Shown: positions 39,967 to 54,082 of the stretch, one piece after another
Position numbering within the stretch: position 1 is the stretch's first letter
Layout of the letters: the number at the start of each line of letters is the position of its first letter
Assembly: GCA_045837725.1 (NCBI GenBank)
Contig: JBEWZL010000300.1
Location: 124,001 to 188,000 of the forward strand
Direction: 5' to 3'
Source of the DNA: Vermamoeba vermiformis
Taxonomy: Eukaryota
Length of the DNA: 64,000 nucleotides
The notes under the pieces: generated by a model
The model's input: only the letters and a program-made list of their open reading frames with translations
Databases searched by the model: none
What the model was told of the DNA's origin: nothing
Made by a program: the position numbers and the translations under genes

Positions 39967-42900
39967 TTACATGTTCAGCGTCGTGTGCACCAAGATCTTC
40001 ACGTTCGGGAACTTGTTTCTGAGACCGTGCACAGCAGTTTTGCTGAGAATATTGTTCTTAATAAACAATTCGTGCAATTCTCTGCAGCCCAACAACAACT
40101 TCTCGATGGCTTGGTCTGTCAAGTCGTTGCTGGAAATAGACAAATGTTTGAGCACTTTGAATTGCTTCGACATCAAGTCCAATGACTCGTCTGTTAACTT
40201 CTCGGGGTTTTGTAGCGACAGAACTGAAATTGTGTTAGCGGATCCACCGTCCGCGAGTGATTTTATCGCGGCATCCGTGATGGATGTGTTATCCAAGTAC
40301 AGTTCTTTCACGTTTTGCAGATTGGCCAAGTAGTGCACGCCCTGATCCGTGACTTTCTTGCACTAAAACGGAAATAAGTAATTTTGAAGTCGACTGTGAA
40401 ATTTCACGACTTACGTGATTAAACTGCAAAATTTCCACATTAGGCATGCACACCGCGACGACTTTCAGACTTTCATTGCTAGCATTGCCTTGCGACCAAT
40501 TGAAGTTCACCAACGCGGGCAATTTCTTGTTCAAATTCTTCAAGCAATCGAAGCCCAAGCCGAAACAACTCTCCATGTTCAACTGTGAAAAAATCATACT
40601 AGTTAATAGGGCTACATTAATATGACAGGATGACGTACCTCGCTCAATTTGTTGCACGACGCAAGTACTTCAATGATAGTGTCAATGCGATGGCAGTTGC
40701 TAATGTCAAGTTTTTCTAGGTCCGAACAGTTCTTTGCCAACTCGAGCATTGCAGCGCCGGTGATTTCAGAGCACTGTCGCAACACCAATCGACGCATCTT
40801 GGAGGCTACTTTAGCGATAGAGAGGATGGACTGGTCTGTCAAGTGCACACAAGACGTCAGATCCAGCTCGACCAAGTGCTTGCCAACTGATTTCGCGAGA
40901 CTCTTAATGGACGAGTCCGTGATCTATATTGAAATTTCGTTAGTTTGTTCATGAAAATGTAACTTTGAAAACGTACCTGACTGCAGAAACTCAATTTGAG
41001 CGTTGTCAAGTTAGGACACTTTGACGCGATATTTTTCACAGTTGAATCCTGAAAGATATTTAGCATTGCCTATATAAGGCAAAAATAACTTTTAAGAGCT
41101 TACTGAAATGTCCTTAATGTTCGAAATATCCAAGCTGACGAGTTGCGAGCACGTGCGTGAAATTTGTTGGATGACGTCTTCGTACACATTCTTGCAATTG
41201 CCCATTGACAGCTCAGTCAAGTGCGGCGTCTTAGTGAGGAATTGAATCGAGTACGATGTCAACAAGTGACAGTCATTCACGTTCAGTGAACTGCAAACAA
41301 AATCATCAGTTTCATGAACGAAAAGTTGCACTTCACAGGTAAATCTTACCTTAATTTTGTACAGTTGTAAATGACAGGTATTAATGCATCGTCCATCAGT
41401 TTGTTATCACCAGCCAATGACAAGTACGTCAATTTTGTAAAGTAAGAAATTGTTGCAATCCATTCAGAATCCAACAACGGACAATTGCTACAAAAACATT
41501 AGATCACGTGACAATATTAGGAATATTTCTAGGGTCGTACCTTAAGTCCAAATAAGTCAGTTCGGGCGGGAAATACCAACTCTTAACGGGATACTGGTGC
41601 TTCGGAATGAACTCCGTGACTGCTGAAGTGCCCAATCGAGCCAACGGATCTGACAACAACGAGGTACGTGAGCCTTTCACGCTTGCCTCGCGTTCTGATC
41701 GTTCAGCTTCTCGGCTCTAAATACACGTGGTTAATGACATGACCAATCGGAGAATTTCTTCGGAGTTTTTTTTCACGTACCAGTCTTCTCTCGTGCTTGT
41801 CCTTGTCGTGCTTGTCTTTTTCTCTGTCGTGCTTATCGAACTTTTCTTCGACGATTGTCTTCACTGAATTACTCAAAACATTTCCACTAAGAAAAATTGT
41901 TATTAGATCCGATCTGACTTCATCGTGTTAAAAACTTACGCAGCACGCATTATAGAATCAAGTTCAACTTTTTGCACGTTGGGATTACAGTTGCTACTAG
42001 CAGCCAAGTTGGTGTTTGAGCCTGGAGTCGGGGCACTAGCAACGCGTTGACTGCCCAACACTGCGCGAGGTGACACTTGTTGATTAGTCTTATTGTCTAG
42101 TAATTAACCACATCGTTAGATTAAGTGTTACTATTGATGTAAGTGCCGAGTACGTACCTCTCGGTGATGAGACGGGTGAAGTCCTGTCATTGTTTTTGGT
42201 GCTCATTGCTGACAAGTTGAGTGCATTGGGCGTTGAATGCGAGATACTTGACCGCGCATCTTTATCAGGTTTCGGTGACTTGTCCTTGTCTTTCTCACGT
42301 GGGGACTTTGACGAGGCCTTATCCTTGTCTTTCTTCGTTTTCACGTTGTTCATGGAGTTCAACAACGAGATCACATCGGGCTCGGGCGCTGACTCCGCTA
42401 ACGCCGGATCTCGTTTTTTCTTGTTTGTGGAGGACTGTGGCGAGGTTGTGCCCGGCAAGGTCGACGTTCTTTCACGCGGGGAAGTCACGTGCATGCTTGG
42501 CGGGGTCGTGGGGGTCGTCGCCAAGTTCGCCAATAAATTCGCGTTTGAATTGACCATTCGTTGTGCTGCGACGCCCTCGGGATTGCTCGAGATTGAATTC
42601 ATCAACATGCGTTTTGTTCGTTCATTTTCAGTGATGCAAATCATCGTGATTTGTTTGCAGCCTCGGCACGATAAATGTTCCAATTTTGGCACGTATCTTC
42701 CGATAAATTTCATCGTTTCATCGGTGATTTTGCATTCATCCAAGATCAAGTGCGTTAAATTTCCGCAAACTTTGAAAATGTTTTGGAACTTGGCTGTCAA
42801 AAACAAGTTAATTTCAGTGAAACAATAAATTTGATAAAAAAATTCACGTACCTTCTTCATTTGACTCTAAATTCTTGAACATGCCAGTCAAATTCAATCG

Positions 42901-45900
42901 TCTGATCGAATCAAATCGTTCTTTGAATGCGCTATTAATGTCCGTCAAAAATACTCCGATGTCGACCAGGCCAAATAACTCGTAGTTCAAATGACTCGAG
43001 AAATCTTTCACGCTGTCAAATTCACGGCCAAAAATCTTCGAAGAAATCTGTTGCACGATTTTCGGGTTTGATTTTCCTGCTCGAACCAAACTAACGATAT
43101 TACCAAAATTAGTAATTTTTTCACGGGATCCAAAAAAAAGATATCTTTTCAGTACCTTTTGGCAGCCTTATTAATAAGCGTCTTAGTGTCTTCAGTGATT
43201 TGATCCTTTTTAAGACACGCGACATAGTATCTGAACATTAATAGGCCGTATTTGAAGTTCAACACTTCATTCGTCTTGTCTCTCTTTTTTAACGCGCGGA
43301 ACAATGTCACTGCCGCATTATAATAGTCCTACAATTATACGATTAATATTAATCTCATTACTATTTCACGGGTATTTTCATATTGTCAATGATTCATGTA
43401 GTGTCATAGTATTGTTGACTTACGGTCTGTGATTTAAAGTCCTCGACTTTTTTGAACATTGAAGTGTACTGTCGTGCTTTGCGATACAGTGATTGGTAGA
43501 TTGTCGGGTCATAGTTCAGCAGATCCGAAAATTTTTGCGTAGCCTTTTCATAAATAGTCCTAATAACATCAATTAGTATTATTTCCTTATTTGGATATTC
43601 TTAGGTAATACGTACTTGACTTGATAGAACGGCTTAATTTTTCCGCTCTCCAACAAGAAATCTCCAAAGTCGTACAACAAATTGGTCAAACTTTCCCTCG
43701 CGGGCTAAAAATAGCCTCCATTAGTACGATATTTTTAAAGCTAAACATAGATCGTGGCTGACGTACTCTAAAGTTGGCCGATAATTGAATGGCACGGCGG
43801 AATTTCTCTTCAGCGAGCATGAAATATTCTTCAGCCTTGTCCATATCCACAAATTTCCTTCGTTCATCGCCCAGTGAAATGTCGTCGGAATAATTCCTGC
43901 TTCGTTCCAAGGAAAATCGTGCGAACTGACTGTTAGACAATGTAGCAGCGGAATTACTGCTGTTGCTGAGGCTTCTCATGCTCGGGCTATCAGCTTCACT
44001 CGCTGAAATTTCACTGCCGGTCAACATTTCATCCAGTGGCATCGAACTGCAAATAATTAAAAAATCAGAAAAAATATCTACGTAAATTTCACTGTGAAAA
44101 AATTGCTAATTATTTTTTTCTTACCTCTCGCTATTATACAAGGCATATCTTTCGCCCAATTTGACTTTTCCGTTCTTAGGAGGTTGCGGCAACAAATTTC
44201 TCGTGTTTGAAATCAACCGCGGCAATCGATCCGAGTTGCGAGATCTGAACACCAGACTTGGATCAAAAAATCGCAAGGCCATAGCGTGCAACAATTTGCC
44301 CCAATGGAACAACGTCATTACACTGTTCGGAGCACGTGCTTGGGCTTCACGGAACTTTTCATTCGCCAACGTGAACAAACGACTCGCTTCACGGCCTTGA
44401 CTTTTGATTGCCTCCGAGTGCAACACGACCGCACTGCAGTGTTCGATCAAGTTCATGTGCTTCACTGTCGCCTCCATAAGCTGAAAACATCGTTAGTAAC
44501 TCAAACCATTTAAAATTCATAAAAATGACACGTGTCATCAGAATCACGACTGAATATAACTACTACTAAAGTGGCTTATAAGGTAATAAAATTTCCTTAT
44601 TTGGAAAAGGCCAATTAAAGATATTGAGATTTTGTGGGAGATTTTTGACGACTTACGCGAAGATCAGTCGACACAAATCTGAACGAATGAGGATTGGTCT
44701 TGAGCTCTTCCAGTGCGGTAGTTGACATTTTGACACCTGTCAATAACTGGAAGTACTGGATCAAGTCGTAAATGTCCAGGCTGCTGATCTTCAAGTCAGA
44801 TCTGGCTTCCATTTCTGCTTCTGAAAGACACTCGGGAAATTTCTCTTGCACTTGGTACTTGATCTTTTTGGTCCAAAAAGTGCTCTTGGGGTCCAATACT
44901 TTGTTCAGATAATTCAAAATCACTTTTTTGTACGGCTCTTCGGAGGGGATCCGGATCTCTCGAACTTTTTTGCTAATAACCAAAAATGGTCAATACTGCT
45001 AATTATCCTCTATATAATCGCGTAATGTCTTACCGTAGTTTCGTGCTAATTTTGTCTTTCATCGTACGAGCGATGCAAATATGAAGAATTCTTTTCCGAA
45101 CATCAGGATTTTTGACTTGTTTCCTAATATGACCCAAATGTCGAATATTAATGCCATTACGATGCAGCTCTTCGGTTAATCTATAATTAGCAAGTTCTGC
45201 CGGTGTCAATTTCTCCACTTCCGCTGCAAAGTTTGGAATATTTTCCATGAACAATCTCAGCGTCGCGTCTTTGACTTCCTTATTATGCATAATATGGTTT
45301 TCTTTGTCTTGCGAGCCCCAGCCTAAAGAAGTGTTTGAGAAGCCATACACAAAATATCTAACGAAATTTCATACCCGTCAATGCGTCAGACGACAGAGGC
45401 ACTGGATTTGATTGCACGAGCTCGGGTCTTAATAATTCGTATAATTGCCGCGGCCGCCAATCTTTGACTAACTTCAGCTGCGGTGGAAAAACTCGTGCAA
45501 AATCGATCAAGTAGTATCGATTGTCACGACCCAAATGACCTTCAATGTCTCCTGCTGAATACAACATCACTTTGTTTTGAATGCCTACGATGTGTCCTTT
45601 CAAATTCAACATCTTTGCAGCCTCTATCATCTTCTGATTGAACTCTGGCTTTTTCGCGTGCACGTGTTGACCACCATCGTGAGATCCGTAAATAATGGTC
45701 GACTTGTCAATAGGCAATAATGAAATAGCTACTAATCTATAGCCTCGGTAATTGATCAACGCCATCAACGGGAATGAGCTACGTATAAATTATGAAATTT
45801 TAGCACGTGTTTGGTGGTCACTTGCGGGCATTGTAACTTACATTCCAGGAATATGACAATTGTAATAATTCATCAAACCTTTCAGCTCGTGATTAGCAGC

Positions 45901-46997
45901 CTATATATAGGTTAATAAGATGCATAAGTATATAACGAAGAGTAACAAATGATTGCAAAGTCACTCACCTTCATCGCTGCTGCATCGTCGTTTCCGTAGA
46001 GTCCTTCAGTATCTAACGCAAACTAAAATATTCGTTATTACATTGTAATTACTAAAATAATATAATGGTTGGTAATTAGTTCCTCGGAGTATTTTTACCT
46101 TAAATAGAATATTCAGGACCATATATTTATCTCCACCAGCGCGACCTCCGACATCAACTGGCTTAATAGTTTTTTGTTCGCGAGGCAATCCTACTTCACT
46201 AATAATAATTTTGCCCTATTTTAAAAAATTATTAATTTTTAAGTGCCATGTTGACAACTTGAGAATTAACTACTGATTTACGGACTGATTATTAATATGA
46301 AATTATTACTGTTGGTAAATAGACTAATCGAATTTATTCTCGCAAAATTGATATTTCGCGATCTGAAAATAGATCTCGCGAGCTAAAGTCCGCGCGAGAT
46401 CACAAATCTTACTTGATTTTGCTTTTTAATAAAATATTTATGGGTAATTTATTCATCACTTACGTATATTTGCGCCGCGTAACAAAAGTCATGGGCCAGC
46501 TCTGCTAATTTTCTGAATTTGTCCGTGCTTTCATCGTCCGATCCCTCTTTTACTTCCAATAACTGCTGAAATTCTTCGTTCCAATTTTTTTCGAACATTA
46601 TTGGGTTATTTACGGGCGCATTTACTTGACTTAGCGTCTCTAATAGCATCATTATTTTTAGATCCAATTTCTTTAGTTTAAAATAAATTGTAATTCCAAA
46701 AAATTACTTACCATCAGTTTCATAGTCATTTAATTTATATGAACTCGATGAATATTCAGAAGAGGTCTCTGAAATCTGTCCAGTTGACAATTTTTGTGCT
46801 GTTTCGTCATCTGGGACGTAATCTGAGGCTAAATCTGACGCTAAAGAAGAGTTATCTTCATAGGCATAGCTTCTCTTAATAACTTCGTTGTGGTCTGGCG
46901 TAGTATTCTCACTACTATTGTTATTAGGCCTCAACAAGCCGGATGCAGCTGAGCTATTTAAACTTGGAGGTTGCGAAAAATTATCTTCGTAGCTCAT
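39967..46997 (-). CDS. Clu (clustered-mitochondria type) domain + TPR-like + leucine-rich-repeat protein, many exons
   Basis: NWNEEFQ, LAHDF, AANHELKG, ALINYRGYRLVA, DIEGHLGRDNRYYLIDFARVFPP, LLRPEL, LHRNGINIRHLG; helical TPR-like middle; cysteine-containing LRRs (LDLTSCVHLTD, LDISNC). Confidence 0.85.
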
Positions 46998-47205
46998 AGT
47001 GTCATACTTGTATATTAGTATCGACTTGTAGTATACATAGTTGTCGCTGCAAACGAGTGAAAAGAAGAAAAAAAATTTTGGATCATTCAAGGCACGTGAC
47101 GATTTTACGAAGTGATTTAGTGGATTAAGGGCCCGAAAAAACGAGATGCAAGACGGAATATAATTAGAGTATGCTTGAACTATACATTTAGGGTTTATTT
47201 ACAAT

Positions 47206-48816
47206 TTAAAACAAGTACTGCACTCGACTTCCAATTAAGGCAATAAGATTTCTTGCTACTAGTTCGGACAGCAATGATTCACGTCACTATTCGTTAATGG
47301 AATTTTTAGCGCTGCTGACATGGCATTAACGAGCTTTTTGACATTTTTTGGTCTCTGATCGACGTTCTGTTTCAGCAGCGCATCCACAACTCGCGTTATA
47401 TGTATGTCCATCGCTTCAGGCGACGTATCCAGCATATTTGTCGAATTAGTTTCAGCTTGAGTCTTATTCTCTGCATTTTCAGCGGATCCAGGATCAGTTG
47501 CGACCACATCTGACTTTTGTGGTGTGTTTTGATTAGAATTAGTTTGCTTAATGTTCTTCTTAGTATCCTTTGGTGCCATTAAATCCGAGAAATCAAGCAA
47601 ACTCGAGCAATTAACTTTTGACGAAAGATCCATCATACTTTTCAATCCTTCTTCAAAAATATATGACACTCTTCCTATAAAATAGAGTGTTAATTTCAAT
47701 AATATAGTACTATAATATCATAATTTCACTATGATAGGGCTATTACGTACCTAACATTCGTAATTGAATGGCCACGTTTTTCAATCCTTTATCCCGCGAG
47801 ACAATTAAGAAAGGAACATTCTTCGGCACATTTTGATGTAATATTCCGCTATAGAATGCTAATGCGAAGTCACTGGCATTAGGTCCGATCACTTCTCCTG
47901 CATAAATAATTCTAAGGCGGCGGGTTTTGTACATCTCCGAAAAAGCTGGTAAATGGGTCGTAGGAACCTTAGGTAATGCTATATTATATTATAATATTAA
48001 TGTTAATCCTATTTTTGATGTTGGTTTAACGTACATGGACCTCCAAATAAATAGACAACAATTGATTCTGACTTGAGATCCGTTATTTTTTCGAATTCGC
48101 TGGAGCAATTATCTACATCGAAGAATATTATATGAGTGGTGCCTGGCTCAGCTGTTAATAGCTCTTCGTAACTCATTTTCTTTTGATTTTCAATGAACTG
48201 TTTATTCGCTTCAACTTCTTCTTGAAATCTATCAACAAATAACTTCTGTTGATTAGCTAAATATTAAGATTATATTAATACTGTAAGTACACTATATTAT
48301 TAGACTTACGATCGAGATTGGGATTGAAATTTTCTGAGACGATTAAATTCAACGGTAATTTTTCTTGATCTGCTTTAGCCATTTTAATAGCAACAGCAAC
48401 GCTGCGCTTTTCCAATTGAATTTGTTCGGCTTTTGCCAATTGTTGTGCTAATTCTTCGTCATTCAAGCTCGGTGACGTGTCAATCTAAAATCATCATTAT
48501 TTCTCAAGTCTTTAAACAGTTCTAAACTCGTTGATAATATTTTTAATATTTCGTTATCCTATCATATTATATTTATACACGATTTATTATACAGAATCAA
48601 TTTATGACGATTTTTAGATCGAGAAATTCACTAGAACAATAAATCTACGGCTAAAGCGGCTAGTCACGGTTTACATTGCTATTATAATATTACCTTTGTA
48701 TTTTTAGGCTCCGTTTCATCGTGAATAGTCACATGGGCTATCAGCTCGTCGATAGGAAACGGGATCATGCAAAAAGGGCAGTTCTCCACAGCTACCTCTT
48801 GCACATTTGTTTGCAT
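47206..48816 (-). CDS. Zn-finger + UIM-like + PIN-like nuclease domain protein; apparent frameshift near 47278
   Basis: CPFC...H...H N-terminus; NDEELAQQLA; IIFFDVDN, PNASDFALAFYSG, FLIVSRDKGL (PIN_7/NYN-like acidic motifs); RPKNVKKLVNAM. Confidence 0.7.
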
Positions 48817-49585
48817 AGCGATAGATAATAAACAATACTACTGTTGTTTCTGTAAAGCAAGTTAATGCTCTAATTAAAACTGCAGAAAGAAAAATGGGGT
48901 TTGGGACGCACGTGCCACAAAACTAGTGTTTCAATTAATATGCCACGTAATCCCACAACACCAAAATATAATTTACACAATTATAGCCAAGTTAAAGGAA
49001 TGACATGGGTGACGAACGCGCAGTCAGCTTACGTAAGTTTTTTCATGGTCCAATTTTAGTTTTACAATTAATATTAATTTCTCTCTAGCCATAATTAATA
49101 GTGCTTTTTTTATGAATTTTGTGCTTGAAATAAGCTTCTTTGCTTACAAGTTTTTTTTTTAAGGATTTAACATTTATTCAAACCTTATCGAGCCTACACA
49201 GCTCTTGATATTAATAACACTATTCCAATTAACCCGAAATATTGTGTTATTTCAGCGGACACAATTAATTAAAGATTAAGTTCTGTGCTCGAAAGCACAC
49301 GTTGTTCGATGGGCACTTTTTTTATTTCTAGACAATCGTTTATCAAATCTGCTTATTGTGATATGCACCTTACCATGCCTCGTATATTTGCACTATGATC
49401 GGGACAATTCTACTCACAGAATCTTTTTAACACGTGAACCAAGTAGATCTCATTTGATTTGACAACTGATGACAAAATCTTTGCCGAAATTCAAGTCCAA
49501 TAATCTATTTTAACGTATTCTCAAGACCGAGACCACCTCTAATTGTATATTAAGCTGTCCAAGTTAACAGCCGCTGGATCCGGAA

Positions 49586-51321
49586 ATGAATCAAATCTTT
49601 AGAGGACTCACACTGCTATCGGTCTATTTATTCCTGTTATTATCCTTTGTATATTCAACAGATTTTAATTTGCCAGCTGGCAGCGCGCCAAGTCCTCCGA
49701 GTGCCTGTTGTGGATCTGATAGCTCCACCACATATTTTGATGTACGTTATTTTCGTTTTTAGCTCGACGAAAAGAAGAAAATTAATTGCTTATGCTGCTA
49801 TTAGGTTGGATCTGTTACATTTGTGGATATCTCTCCAGCAGGAAGGAAAATTCGAGTCTCTACGTCAATCGGATTCAGAAGCTTCTGCGCAGGCCTTACG
49901 TAATTATTCAAAAATTCCATATATTCAAACATTTAACTCTAATATCTAATTTCATAGAATTTGTTTGAACGACAATTGCAATACAACTTTCAGTAGTACG
50001 TTAACTCCAGCCGAATGTCCGCCAGCTGACTGCACAATACCTGCTCCTCTTCAAACTTCAGAGGTGGTGTTCGATGTGACCGCATTTAAGCCTAATGAAA
50101 CCAACACATTGACGTTCAATAGCCCGACTTGTTCGAGCATTTCCACCGCAACCCCGAATGAGTTCTTTGTAATGTCAATAGGTAACTCTCATCATGCTTA
50201 ATGATTATCATATCTTAACATTATGTATGTTAGTTACTTGCGGGGATACCATAGTCGAAACTGGCGAACAGTGTGATAGCGTTGTCGGATGTGATCCGGA
50301 CACGTGCCAGTGCATGCGTGGTTACGAACCATTAGCTAACAACACGTAAGTGGTGTATATAATTGTAGCATGTATATTATTCGATGACTTAAATGCGAAA
50401 CTTTTTCAGTTGTTTGCGTACTTGCGGCGATGGCGTACTTCAACCTCAATTCGGCGAAGAATGTGACGGCGGTGCTCATTGTATTGATTGTTTGTGCGAA
50501 CCAAATTACGATCCCATTGGTCAAGTTTATTGTCGCACTTGCGGCAACAATATTTTAGATGAACCTGAAGAATGTGACGGAGGTGCTGGATGCGACAACT
50601 GTACTTGCACGACAGGTACGAGTAATGAGTTAACTATAGCACTATAATTAATTAATATATGCCATTAGGCTATGTGGCTGCAAATAGTACTTCTTGCTCG
50701 TTGTGTGGCAATGATCACCTGGACAGTGGAGAGCAATGTGAAGTCGGCCATTCGGGCTGCAGCAGTAACTGCACATGTGGCGCGGGATATTACAGCGCTA
50801 CTCCAGCCGCCAAGGACTGTCTATTGAAGTGCGGCAACGGCGTCATTGATGAAGGTGAAAGTTGTGAGGTTGGTGGCAATGGCTGCAGTGACACGTGTCA
50901 ATGTCAAAGCGATTACACGGCCAACATACCTCCGACTAAGGACTGCATCAGCGCACTCGTAGTAGACCCCGGCGTCGATCCAAGGGCAGGCACGATCGCT
51001 GGCGCAGTGATTGGCAGTGTGTTGGGCACTGGTCTCATTGCCCTCGGTGTCATGTACTACCTGTACCGCAGAAACAAGAAAGCAGCCAAGAAAGCAAACG
51101 TCAAGAGCGACAAGTCAGAGCACGAAGAAGAACTAGTAGATAATAGGGCTCGTCAAGAACGCGTGCAAACTGAAGGTTCGGTGGTCTCGGACAGATCCGG
51201 CACGCAGTTGACGAGCGGCAACGATACTTCAACGACTGAGCATTCGGGTACTGCCACGACTGACTCGTACTTGCCTACAAAATCTAAGACTGATTTGGAA
51301 CGTTCTGAAGATATTCTATAA
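49586..51321 (+). CDS. Type I membrane protein with Cys-rich CGD/NG..EECD repeats (DUF4215/Myxococcus-type)
   Basis: Signal peptide; CGDGVLQPQFGEECDGG, CGNNILDEPEECDGG, CGNGVIDEGESCE; TM IAGAVIGSVLGTGLIALGVMYYLY then RRNKK. Confidence 0.85.
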
Positions 51322-51546
51322 CACAAGCCAAACACATCCGCTGTAATTCTATAACGTAAATTTCATTACAACCACAAACGGGATCTAGTCGAACAACACA
51401 ACTGAAAGATTTTCTTTTCATGATTATACATGCTCATATATTTAGAGAAGTTGCCTTAGGACTTCTGGGCTTAATTTGAAAGATAGAAATTTGGATTTTT
51501 CGTTAGAACGAGCACTAGTCTCATTGTATTATTATCGCTGAACAAG

Positions 51547-52069
51547 ATGATGCTCGGCAAAGACAAAGCTACAGTATTTTATCAAGCATTAGAGCTCCTA
51601 CATTCGCCGGATCCAGAGAGCGAGAAAAAATTGCTTGGATTATTGACAGAGGCATCAAATAATTTTGGTAATTTTTATAGGCGTTGAATAATAATTACTA
51701 TTTATAAATAATTCGGTTTTAGCAATATTTGATACCATTTAATACTATAAATTATTTAATACAAATTTGAATTGAGCAGATCTGGTCTAAATGCAATGAT
51801 AACCCTATTTAATTATTATAGATGCAACACGTAAGCAACAAGCAGCTCGTTCAACCTCTTCATCAGCGTTAAAACCAAATCCAGTCATTCCAGTCCAACC
51901 AAAATCACTTTTGACGACTAACGAAGTCATAACGGAGGCTGAAGATAATACTAATAATACAGACAATAATAATAAATTAAGAACACCACCGCCAAAGCCA
52001 CCACATTCGCATTTGAGCGGAAGTCCTCAACCAAATCCACCTAAAAAACGAACCACACAAATGATTTGA
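51547..52069 (+). CDS. Small two-exon protein with an INTS12-like N-terminal microdomain (intron 51668-51821)
   Basis: MMLGKDKATVFYQALELLHSPDPESEKKLLGLLTEA followed by a Pro/Asn-rich tail; open frame across a GT-AG intron; not in the ORF track. Confidence 0.6.
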
Positions 52070-52242
52070 ATCGACGATACTATACCAACATTATAGTATA
52101 TACTTGTACATAGTAATGTAAAACTAAGCCAAATTTCTGGCTCTTGCAAGCATTCCAGCAAAAAATCTTCTCGATCTTCTAGAACACCAAGACAAACGCC
52201 ACAAAACTCGCGGATTTTATGAGAAGTATTATACACGGCGTT

Positions 52243-53936
52243 ATGAAGGCAATTAAAGTCACGCAACACGGTGGTCCCGATGTTTTAAAGCTTGAAGATC
52301 AAGTTCCGATCCCACAACCAGGTCCTAATCAGGTATAAATTAATAATATAATATTTATTATATTGCACGCATTAATTTAAAACAAAAGTTTACTATGATT
52401 GTCAATTTTATTAAATATCTAACCTTAATTTTTACTTGTAAAGTTTTTCTGAGGGTACATCCACTCTATTTTTATCAAATATATGAAATTTATTCTTACA
52501 AAATTATATTATACAGGTACTAGTTAAAATCTTGGCTACCGGAGTAAATCCGGTCGAAACTTATCTTCGTGCTGGCACAAACAATTACACAGTCAAAGTA
52601 AGACCTATAACGAAAATATTACTTGATAATATTAATAATATTAATATCGTATTATTAGTTCCCTTGGACTCCGGGCAATGACGGATGTGGATCCGTGGAG
52701 CACATCGGTGAAAATGTGAAAAATATTAAGGTGAGTAAAACGATCTATCTATTAGACCTTATTTATTGTAGATGTCCAAATATGGTAATAACATTGCCGT
52801 CCTAGGTCGGCGACAGCGTTTATCTTTCAGGCAGCGAGACGGGCACCTACGCACAATTCTCGTTGTGTGACGCGAACAAAGTGCACAAATTACCGCCGCA
52901 TGTCACACCTGAACAAGGGTACGTGTCAAACTGTTCTAATAATTCCGCTGTACTTTGACACGTGTCATCCAAAATGTCAAAGTTGTTTTTAGCTGAGATC
53001 GACTAACGCTAACATTCTGGTATATTTAGCGCGTGTTTGTGGATACCTTATGCCACGGCCTACCACGCCATATTTCAACGAGCCAATCTACGACCGCGTG
53101 AAACAATTCTCGTGCACGGAGCATCGGGAGGAGTAGGTATTGCAACACTTCAACTGGCACGTGCTCACGGAGCCACCGTGATTGGCACTGCTGGTACTGA
53201 AGAGGGTCTCAAGATGATATTGCAGCAAGGTAATTCTGCTCGAAAAATTGCCTTATAAGGAAAATGACACGTGCCAAACATGGCACTTCACACTACCCTC
53301 TAGGCCAGTCATACTAATTGACCGTTCATAGGCGCTCATCACGCGTTTAATCACAAGTCTGAAGGCTACATTGAGGCAATTAAAAAAGTGACTGAAGGTC
53401 GCGGTGTGGATGTGGTCGCAGAAATGTTGGCCAACGTCAATTTGGACAAAGATCTCAAGTTGTTAGCTGAAAATGGTCGCGTGGCTGTTATTGGTAACCG
53501 CGGGAGAATTGAAATAGATCCTAGGTAACAATACAGCAATTCTAATGCTTTTCCAGATCTAACTTTATTCCGCAGAGATCTGATGGCAAGACGTGCGCAA
53601 GTGTTAGGCGTGCAATTAGGAAAAGCAACACCTGCTGAACGGTATAGTCATATAGAGCTCTATATTTAAAATCTTCCTTGATCTTACGTTATTTTTTTCA
53701 GCGAGGACATAATCAGCGCTATTTACGCCGGGCTTGAGAAAGGAATTGTCGATCCTATTGTATATAAGCAACTTCCTTTATCTAAGGTATATATATTTAT
53801 ATTTACGATGTGCTATTATTACAGCTAGCAATTGCTAATCAATTTTTTATTCAAGGCTGATGTTGCGCATCAAGAAATTATTAATCCGCCCAATGGGGCC
53901 ACAGGCAAGATTATTCTCAAGCCTTGGGAGGTTTAA
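52243..53936 (+). CDS. CRYZ: NADPH:quinone oxidoreductase (zeta-crystallin), multi-exon; alternative in-frame ATG at 52219
   Basis: [69 protein letters not shown]. Confidence 0.93.
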
Positions 53937-54082
53937 ATAAAGACGCTTCTTATATTATTAATCTCTGTGTCACGTGCCTGACAACAAAGTGCATCCAACT
54001 GCTAATCCAAACTTGAATTTTTTCCTTGTCAACGTAATGAACACTGCTCGTATTGATAACACAAAGTTAATTAAATCGCATC

